DNA of 12,645 bases from Candidatus Cloacimonadota bacterium (GTDB taxonomy: Bacteria > Cloacimonadota > Cloacimonadia > Cloacimonadales > Cloacimonadaceae): contig JALNXT010000016.1 in assembly GCA_023230245.1 (NCBI GenBank), forward strand, positions 1-12,645. Direction: 5' to 3'. The position numbers and the translations under genes were made by a program. Below the pieces are notes generated by a model. It did not search any database. It worked only from the letters and a program-made list of their open reading frames with translations, and was not told the DNA's origin. Positions 6,434-12,645 of the stretch are shown piece after piece (position 1 is the stretch's first letter; each line of letters begins with the position of its first letter).

Positions 6434-8530
6434 ATGTCTGTAGAAAAAGAAGAGTGTCCAAATTGTGGGGGCAGTGTTGATATAAATCCAATCTCGGGGG
6501 AGGGGACCTGTCCTAGATGTAGAACCAAAGTAAGACAAACTAAAAAATATATTGACAGTGATAAATGGGGTCGTATTGTCATTGACAAAACGGGTGATTT
6601 TCAGAATTCTCTGAGCCGAATAAAAAAAGAAATTCTCTTAGGCAATTATTCCAATGCATATATAGCTTGCCTTGATGCTCTAAAAATAAATGCAAATAAT
6701 TATGAACTCGATTTTTACTATGCATTTTCTGATTATCTTGGAAATGGAAATGAGATGCATTTTCTCCAGTTCTTAATCCAGAAGGAAGTGCAGGTTGATG
6801 TTGAAAAACTTGATGAAATAATGAATATAATGCTAGGTGTCAAGTATACTACTAGCATTCTTACACAGATTGATCTATATATAAATAAACTAGAAATACC
6901 TGAAGCAATTAAAAAGAAATATTTGACTAAACTTACTCTTCTTGCATTTGATCAATACGATTTTCCACGAAAAGTGCATCTAGCATTGTCAGAACAGAAT
7001 AGCAGAAATCAGGCTGAAATGTTTACTTTGATTGACAATCAAATTTGTGACTATCAAGAATATCAATCGATCATACCTCTAATTGAGAAAGCAATTAAGA
7101 ATAATATTATCTTCTCAGAATCATTATCGATTTTTTTTGAGGGAGCAATTCGACAACTTCTATTAGTCAAAATATCTTATGAAGATTATGTAGATTATCA
7201 TTATATAGAGAAAAGTTTAAAAAAACTGAAAGATTTATATTCACTTAGCGATCTGGATAGTAGTTTCAGCAACTATAACATTAAACAAATGTTTGAAAAC
7301 GCCGACTCTACACTTTTGAGTATTAGAGACTCTATTGAAATACACATTCTGGAGCGAAAACGGCTAAGAACGAAAGAACTTCGCAGGCAAAGAGGAAAAA
7401 GAATGGGCAAAGCTCTGAAAATTCTCATCATTTTGGCTGTTCTGGGTGTGGTAATTTTCGCGGGATATAATGTTATTAGTAATTTCATTAATAATCAACA
7501 AAACACAGAAATAACATATCCACTTGGTTCTATTGAAAATCCTTATATTATTACAACACCTGATGAACTACAAAATATGAGAAGTTCAGCTAGTTATGTT
7601 CTTGGTAATGATATTGATTTGAATGGTTATTCTTGGACACCCCTTTGTAACGAAAAGTATCCATTTAAAGGACACTTGGATGGAAATGGATATACAATCT
7701 ATAATTTAAAGGTTTCAAATTATGAAAGTAACGGCCTATTTGCATATGTAGGATCTGGAGCAACTCTTACCAATCTTATTTTTGAAAAGGCAGAAATTAC
7801 TGGTGCACCGGGCATTAGTAAATATGTTGCAGTCATTGCTGGCTGTTCAAAAGGAGAGATTTCTAATTGTAAAGTATTTAATTCTTATGTATCCGGTGGA
7901 GGAAGTCTCTTTGGTGGACTTGTAGGGTTAAATGATGTGGGAACAATTCGTTCATGCTCATTTAACGGCAATGTAATCAATGAAGCTGTTTTTATTAAAA
8001 ATGATAATTTCAATTCTGCAACTGGAGGTATTTTAGGTTCAAATACATATGGAGAAATTTCAAACTGCAAGGCATCAGGCACAATAACTGGACTTGGTTA
8101 TGTGGGAGGTATTGTTGGAGTGGTTACATCTGCTAAGTCAATAATATCAGAATGTTCATTTTCTGGAATTGTAAATGCAGAATTCAGTCCCTACCCGTAT
8201 CCAGTAATGACAAGGATAGCATATACAGCTCCAGCAGGAGGTGCCAAATCAGATGCGGGAGGAATTGCTGGTTGCATTTCTGGTGGTGGAGTGGTTACTG
8301 ACTGTACTTCTTCTGGAACCATTTCAAGCAATAAAAATAAGTTTAGTATTATGACCGGAAATGCAGGTGGGATTCTTGGTTCAATTTCGTATAGTTCAAG
8401 TGGTACGGTGAGAAAGTGTACATCTTCCACACAGGTATACAAATCATCTTATTCTAATGCAGATGGTATTTGTCCTGACACTGATGCTACACTTTCTGGA
8501 AATACTTTTACTGGAGCCATAGTACAATGA
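6434..8530 (+). CDS. membrane-anchored surface protein: N-terminal cytoplasmic zinc ribbon + helical domain, one TM helix, extracellular GLUG-motif repeat (beta-helix-like) domain
   Basis: CPNCGGSVDINPISGEGTCPRC at residues 8-29. Approximately 290 aa helical, Asn/Ile/Lys/Tyr-rich region. The basic stretch RKRLRTKELRRQRGKRMGK immediately precedes the TM helix ALKILIILAVLGVVIFAGYNVI (N-in). After it come repeated G-x-(I/L/V)-x-G units with interspersed N/S-C residues: LFGGLVGLNDVGTIRSCSF, TGGILGSNTYGEISNCKASG, GYVGGIVGVV, AGGIAGCISGGGVVTDCTSSG, AGGILGSISYSSSGTVRKCTSS. These are typical of the GLUG motif family. Confidence 0.85.
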   Translation: MSVEKEECPNCGGSVDINPISGEGTCPRCRTKVRQTKKYIDSDKWGRIVIDKTGDFQNSLSRIKKEILLGNYSNAYIACLDALKINANNYELDFYYAFSDYLGNGNEMHFLQFLIQKEVQVDVEKLDEIMNIMLGVKYTTSILTQIDLYINKLEIPEAIKKKYLTKLTLLAFDQYDFPRKVHLALSEQNSRNQAEMFTLIDNQICDYQEYQSIIPLIEKAIKNNIIFSESLSIFFEGAIRQLLLVKISYEDYVDYHYIEKSLKKLKDLYSLSDLDSSFSNYNIKQMFENADSTLLSIRDSIEIHILERKRLRTKELRRQRGKRMGKALKILIILAVLGVVIFAGYNVISNFINNQQNTEITYPLGSIENPYIITTPDELQNMRSSASYVLGNDIDLNGYSWTPLCNEKYPFKGHLDGNGYTIYNLKVSNYESNGLFAYVGSGATLTNLIFEKAEITGAPGISKYVAVIAGCSKGEISNCKVFNSYVSGGGSLFGGLVGLNDVGTIRSCSFNGNVINEAVFIKNDNFNSATGGILGSNTYGEISNCKASGTITGLGYVGGIVGVVTSAKSIISECSFSGIVNAEFSPYPYPVMTRIAYTAPAGGAKSDAGGIAGCISGGGVVTDCTSSGTISSNKNKFSIMTGNAGGILGSISYSSSGTVRKCTSSTQVYKSSYSNADGICPDTDATLSGNTFTGAIVQ

Positions 8531-8592
8531 GGGTTTATTACAACACTCATTTCATTGTATTTAGAATCAACGAAAATTATTGGTGAATAAAT

Positions 8593-9540
8593 ATGATAAT
8601 AAGCAAAATAATAAAATTTGAAGGACCAACAGATGTCTTCATCTGGAAACATCCCATCGTAATATTGACGCACCAGATGCAATTATATGTAGAGAACAAT
8701 TATTATGCAATTCTCTTTCGCGATGGGGAAATTCTAGATATTTTCACATCAGGACATTATACTCTAAATGCATCTACTACTCCATTGTTAAAAAAGGTTC
8801 TTCCACACCAATTAAGCAGAAATGTATCTTTTCAGTGTGATGTATATTTTGTAAACTGTTTTACATCATTTAATTTCTTGTGGGGCACTCCCTCTCCAAT
8901 TCCAATGCAAGACCCACTATATGGTTTATTTGTTAATGTTCGAGCAAATGGACAGATGAAAATCAAAGTTTCAGATTCAGCAAAACTTGTAAAAAGACTT
9001 GCAGGTGATGTGTCTTCATTTATTCACGATAAATTACAGGATTATCTGCGAGATATGATAATGATGAAAATTGTAGTAGGAATATCTCAGATAATGATAA
9101 ATGATAATGTCAGTTTCCTAGATGTTTCTGCTAGATTATTTGATATATCAGAGGCAATTCACATAAGTATTGCACGAGATTTATATGAATGTGGCCTTTC
9201 AGCGGTATATTTTAATGTAAATTCAATTACTATCCCTAGTTCTGACTATGCACAATTGAAAGAAGCAAAAGAGACAGCTGTGTCTATAAAAACAATTGCT
9301 GATGCTGAAGCATATAGTATCATTGCTAAAGGAGAGGCAGAAAAAACAGTTCGACCATCAGTAATTAATATTGGAAATGTAGCTTCTGGTGGACAGGTAG
9401 TAGTGGGAGATAACTATGGGAATATTGTTGGGGCAGACGGGATAATAAATAGACCGTCAAACTCAGTCATTCAAGGTGATGAACGGAAAAAAGCTAAGAT
9501 GAATGAAGGTAGTCTGGATTCTGATTTATTTGAGGAGTGA
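8593..9540 (+). CDS. SPFH-superfamily protein of the Band_7_1 (B. subtilis YdjI-like) type with a Gly/Asn-rich C-terminal 'IGDN' repeat tail
   Basis: GGTGA at 8582-8586 lies 6 nt before the ATG. The N-terminus IIKFEGPTDVFIWKHP...LYVENNYYAILFRDGEILDIFTSGHYTLNASTTPLL matches the YdjI-family signature (W(K/R)HP ... L-V-x-E-x-Q-x-A-V/I-x-F-x-DG ... G-x-Y-x-L-x-T-x-N-x-P-L). Downstream matches: VYFVNCFTSFNFLWGTPSPIPMQDP, VRANGQMKIKVSD, YECGLSAVYFNVNSITIPSSDYAQL. The C-terminal tail is VINIGNVASGGQVVVGDNYGNIVGADGIINRPSNSVIQGDE. Confidence 0.85.
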   Translation: MIISKIIKFEGPTDVFIWKHPIVILTHQMQLYVENNYYAILFRDGEILDIFTSGHYTLNASTTPLLKKVLPHQLSRNVSFQCDVYFVNCFTSFNFLWGTPSPIPMQDPLYGLFVNVRANGQMKIKVSDSAKLVKRLAGDVSSFIHDKLQDYLRDMIMMKIVVGISQIMINDNVSFLDVSARLFDISEAIHISIARDLYECGLSAVYFNVNSITIPSSDYAQLKEAKETAVSIKTIADAEAYSIIAKGEAEKTVRPSVINIGNVASGGQVVVGDNYGNIVGADGIINRPSNSVIQGDERKKAKMNEGSLDSDLFEE

Positions 9541-10096
9541 ATTGGGTTAATTCGCCGTCTAAATTATAATGTTGGGTCGTTATATTTAATTCATTTGACA
9601 TTTATTTGCCACCTAACGTTTACAGTTACAAAGATCTGCCTTCATTCGGACATGCACTTCCGAAATAACCTGGGCGTTGAATTGTCGTGTATTTTGTCAG
9701 AACATCCAAGTAAATGCCAAAAGGAGAGACGGTCATAGATTTTCACTTTCAACGTTCAGATCTGGGAGGTTATTCTAGACTTCCAATAGCTGGATCTTGA
9801 AAATGGGTATTACATTTACATTGGGATGGTCATCCATGCCGGCTTAATTTGGATACATGGATTCATCAAGAAAAGGATGAAGGACATCCCAATCAAGTGT
9901 ATTACCAACGTCGGAGAGGCAATCGCCAAGTTTTTCATAATGTTCTTGATAAGCATGGTTGAGACCAAAGCTGCTGAAAGTCTCCATACTACTCAACGTA
10001 CGAAAAGAAAGTACTTTCTGTCGGAAAAATGGGTTGTTAGAAATTCTCAAATAGTTTTTTTCTGTCTTTATTAATATATTCTAAACAGTATTTACG

Positions 10097-11224
10097 CTAT
10101 GAGATGGAAATTAGAATGGATACTAAAGTAGTAATAATTGTTAGAGCAATTATCAACGACCAGACGTTTACTGCACTGTCGGACAATATATCCGTCATTT
10201 GACCATCGAAATATACCATATCCCTATTTATATAGTTTAATTTATTATGCTTGATGGATTCAGATATGAAACCCAACTCATTAATCATTTTTAAATTATA
10301 AATTCCAATACTTTCATAGAATGTGATTTTACGCTTTTTATTTACTCTTGAGAAAATAATAGCAGTGGCAATAATATCTGCGATAAGATAAATCGGGAAT
10401 AAACCAAGTAACATAGGATTTTGTGAAATGATTGCCATGATCAGAATCATTATAAAAATAATGATATGCACTATACTTTTCTTGGGAAGACAAGAAATAG
10501 AATAGTCATAATGTTTCTTTATGAGATAGTAGTTTGCTTTTCCATAATGCCACACCCGTTTTCTCATTTGAGTTCGGTGAGACCATGTATCTTTAGCATG
10601 ATAAACAATTCCTGTTTTTGAACATCTAATTTTATATCCTTTTTTAGTGAGGCGCAGCCCTAAGTCTACATCTTCTCCACCCGGTTTATTTGGAAAATCT
10701 GTATCAAATTCGCCAATTTCGGTAAAGAGATTTTTTCTTATAGAGAAATTAGCAGTTGGTGTCCAAGGGACTTCATATAGCCACCCAGGTAATTTAAAAC
10801 ATACAACAAATGGTGATTGGTCAACAACATGCCAATATCGATTTTCTTCCCCAGTAAATATTAATAAGCCGGCAACACCCCCAATTGAATCATCAGAATA
10901 CATTTTATAATGTTCTGTTAGCAGATTTGGCGAAGCAACACAATCTGAATCCAGATATAATATTATGTCATACTGGGCTTTTGAAGACCCATAATTTCGT
11001 TTGCCTGATACAGAAGGCGTAAAAAAATACTTTTGTGCACTGTATTTTTCACATAAAGAATCAATAATTTTTGTTTCATCTTCAGAACTATCATCAATTA
11101 TCAGTACTTCAGAGGAACCTGTAAAATTATTTCTTGCAATTAATACACTTTGTAATAACTTCTCCAAGTGTAATAACCTTCCTTTGGTTGCAATAACAAT
11201 ACTTATTCCATTTAGTTTTTTCAT
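10097..11224 (-). CDS. glycosyltransferase family 2 (GT-A fold) with C-terminal multi-TM region
   Basis: ISIVIATKGRLLHLEKLLQSVL...EVLIIDDSSED...YLDSDCV (DxD-type), with GGVAGLL and acceptor-side ED motifs. The C-terminal approximately 130 aa are hydrophobic (IVHIIIFIMILIMAIISQNPMLLGLFPIYLIADIIATAIIF ... VWSLIIALTIITTLVSILISIS). The ATG at 11224 overlaps the upstream TGA (ATGA). Confidence 0.85.
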   Translation of the reverse strand: MKKLNGISIVIATKGRLLHLEKLLQSVLIARNNFTGSSEVLIIDDSSEDETKIIDSLCEKYSAQKYFFTPSVSGKRNYGSSKAQYDIILYLDSDCVASPNLLTEHYKMYSDDSIGGVAGLLIFTGEENRYWHVVDQSPFVVCFKLPGWLYEVPWTPTANFSIRKNLFTEIGEFDTDFPNKPGGEDVDLGLRLTKKGYKIRCSKTGIVYHAKDTWSHRTQMRKRVWHYGKANYYLIKKHYDYSISCLPKKSIVHIIIFIMILIMAIISQNPMLLGLFPIYLIADIIATAIIFSRVNKKRKITFYESIGIYNLKMINELGFISESIKHNKLNYINRDMVYFDGQMTDILSDSAVNVWSLIIALTIITTLVSILISIS

Positions 11225-12360
11225 ATAACGACACCCTTTGTAAACAATACGAGAATAAAACTACACGTATATATCAAAACAAAAGATAATAGGAGCAATC
11301 CCATCCTTTTTGCATCATTTTTTAATTGAGCTTGAATTTGAAATGAATTAAACAACATACCTTTTAAAAAGACATCAAGATGCTTTTTCTGGATTGAAGT
11401 TTTTACTCTGAAAAATTCATATAATCCTGCGATACATTTTGAAAGCAGGTAATAAATTGGGTTTTTGAATTTATTCGATATACCATCAATCACATAATTT
11501 ACAATATTAATGCTCAAGCACCAAACTATTAATCCAATTAAAAAAATCCATGATTTCGTTATAAAACATGTAATTCCCCCAATTATTAGAGCTAGACAAA
11601 ATATAACATAATTCTTTGGTATTATCAACTTATATAATTCAGGATGTATTGTACAAATCATTACTTCCATGGATCCCCACCGTTTAGCTCGATCAATTAT
11701 TGCTGAAAAATTATTCCAAGTATTTCGTGAGTGATATGTTACTGCATCCGGAGCAGAACCAATCATATAACCTGCTTTTGTAACTCGGTATGATAGTTCT
11801 AAATCATCCCCGCCAAGTTTATATGGTAAATTTTCTTCAAACATACCAATTTCCTCCAGCACATTTTTCTTAAATGATACATTATTTCCGATGGTCCAGG
11901 AATGAAATGGATATTTTTTTGCAAAGGAAAACGCATCAACAAATGGGGTGATAGATAGAATTTTCCACCAGAAAGTCATTGGCCCTTCAAAAACAGTCAA
12001 GCCAAGAATCCCCCCAATCTTAAATTGGAGAGGCATATTTTGATATGAGGATGCGTAATTATCCAATAATCCCTCTTTTACTCTCACATCAGAGTCAATA
12101 AAAATGATATAGGGATATTTTGCACTTTTTATGCCCAAATTCCTCTTTTGACGAACACTGTCTGTACCATGGATGTATGTTGCATCATATTTTTTACATG
12201 CAGATAGTATCGTTTCTTTTTCTCTACCCTCACTACTATCAATGATTAGAACTTCAGTTGCTCCAAAACTATATGTTTTTCGCTCATCATACAGACTTTC
12301 GAGAAGCCTATCAACTAATTCTGATCGATTCCATGTTGGAATAATAATTGAAAAGTCCAT
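11221..12360 (-). CDS. glycosyltransferase family 2 (paralog of the downstream gene) with C-terminal multi-TM region
   Basis: FSIIIPTWNRSELVDRLLESL...EVLIIDSSEGRE...IFIDSDV...GGILGL, plus C-terminal TM helices (NYVIFCLALIIGGITCFITKSWIFLIGLIVWCLSINIV ... LLLLSFVLIYTCSFILVLF). The track's start at 12372 is a GTG. The ATG at 12360 (MDFSIIIPTWN) is preferred. Confidence 0.85.
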   Translation of the reverse strand: MDFSIIIPTWNRSELVDRLLESLYDERKTYSFGATEVLIIDSSEGREKETILSACKKYDATYIHGTDSVRQKRNLGIKSAKYPYIIFIDSDVRVKEGLLDNYASSYQNMPLQFKIGGILGLTVFEGPMTFWWKILSITPFVDAFSFAKKYPFHSWTIGNNVSFKKNVLEEIGMFEENLPYKLGGDDLELSYRVTKAGYMIGSAPDAVTYHSRNTWNNFSAIIDRAKRWGSMEVMICTIHPELYKLIIPKNYVIFCLALIIGGITCFITKSWIFLIGLIVWCLSINIVNYVIDGISNKFKNPIYYLLSKCIAGLYEFFRVKTSIQKKHLDVFLKGMLFNSFQIQAQLKNDAKRMGLLLLSFVLIYTCSFILVLFTKGVVI

Positions 12361-12610
12361 TTTTTCAGACACATTTAATCCAACTGACCGTTTAAAAGCA
12401 TTGTGACTTCATTACATAAGTACCAACACCCTTCACACTGACAACACAACATTTTTTCTCGACATCTATTCATTTTATCTCCAGTCCAAATTTCTTTTAA
12501 ACTTCTTTCTCCCAATGTTCGGTAGTACCTCAATTTTTCTGTAAATTTTTTGAGGCTCGTATTCTTAGCAGTAATTACGATGTTAGACTACAAAAATATA
12601 CTGTTGTGAA

Positions 12611-12645
12611 CCGGGGGGCGGAGGGGCGACTCCGGCGCGGAGCCC
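12611..12645. other. GC-rich structured element truncated by the window edge (possible 5' or 3' end of a stable RNA gene)
   Basis: 35 nt at more than 80% G+C (CCGGGGGGCGGAGGGGCGACTCCGGCGCGGAGCCC) follow about 230 bp of 25-30% G+C non-coding DNA. It contains the hairpin CTCCG-GCG-CGGAG. It is too short and too truncated to classify. It does not fit a tRNA T-arm. Confidence 0.2.

Noticed and set aside
4736-6588. Minus-strand ORFs 4736..4990, 4920..5123, 5283..5735, 5922..6257, 6279..6491, 6304..6588, and plus-strand ORFs 4810..5019, 5572..5781, 5791..6018
   Set aside because: They are antisense or off-frame within the 543-aa zinc-ribbon/SPFH gene or spanning its boundary into the GLUG-protein gene. 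There is no domain content.
7750-8480. Repetitive nucleotide pattern (GGTGGA/GGAGG/GGTATT units) that might be mistaken for a CRISPR or tandem DNA repeat
   Set aside because: The periodicity is at the protein level (GLUG G-x-I-x-G repeats). The units are imperfect, of varying length and in frame. No spacer-repeat architecture is present.
7273-8682. Minus-strand ORFs 7273..7488, 7885..8082, 8191..8442, 8449..8682
   Set aside because: They are antisense to the GLUG-protein gene. The Pro-rich translations are the reverse-complement reading of Gly codons (GGN read as NCC).
10647-11228. Plus-strand ORFs 10647..10910 and 11001..11228 antisense to GT2 gene 1
   Set aside because: They lie inside a 375-aa GT2 ORF with clear DxD-region motifs. 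There is no independent support.
12173-12406. Plus-strand ORF 12173..12406 at the 5' end of GT2 gene 2
   Set aside because: It is antisense to the GT2 N-terminal Rossmann-like region (FSIIIPTWNRSEL...).
12611-12645. Possible 3' end of a tRNA on the minus strand
   Set aside because: The would-be T-arm CGGAG-TCGCCCC-CTCCG has a loop that lacks the conserved T54-Psi55-C56-R57-A58 pattern (GTTCGAATC/GTTCAAATC). No acceptor or CCA arrangement fits.

Overview
The window holds a partial formate--tetrahydrofolate ligase gene, a nine-gene membrane-remodelling-type locus on both strands, and two tandem glycosyltransferase family 2 (GT2) genes on the minus strand. All domain calls rest on motifs read by eye; no search was run.

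- **Host and organisation.** The DNA looks prokaryotic and most likely archaeal. Evidence: a Vps4-type MIT-AAA ATPase, oligo-T terminators, Shine-Dalgarno (SD) sites of GGTGA/GGAGG type, and tight gene packing with stop/start overlaps.
- **fhs (2-316).** The window opens with the 3' end of a formate--tetrahydrofolate ligase gene on the plus strand, followed by terminator-like structures.
- **Minus-strand operon (3083 down to 494).** Three genes are chained by TGATG and ATGA overlaps: a 188-aa hypothetical protein, a TPR protein with a C-terminal zinc ribbon, and a Vps4/CdvC-like MIT-AAA+ ATPase.
- **Plus-strand operon (3177-9540).** Six genes diverge from the same AT-rich promoter region:
  - an ESCRT-III/PspA-like coiled-coil protein;
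  - a small membrane protein with a C-terminal zinc ribbon;
  - a second coiled-coil protein;
  - a 543-aa protein built as double zinc ribbon, SPFH (stomatin/prohibitin/flotillin/HflK-C)/Band-7 domain, flotillin-like coiled coil and a further zinc ribbon;
  - a 698-aa protein built as zinc ribbon, helical domain, TM helix and extracellular GLUG repeats;
  - a YdjI-like Band_7_1 SPFH protein.
- **Overall reading.** The combination of ESCRT-III/PspA-like proteins, a Vps4-like ATPase, two SPFH proteins and six zinc ribbons looks like a composite, possibly undescribed, membrane-stress or remodelling system, comparable to B. subtilis pspA-ydjGHI joined to a Vps4 ATPase.
- **Downstream.** A 550-bp region without confident coding is followed by two tandem GT2 genes on the minus strand, and a GC-rich element is cut off at the window end.
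- **Composition.** GC content drops from about 45% to about 33% near position 6420.
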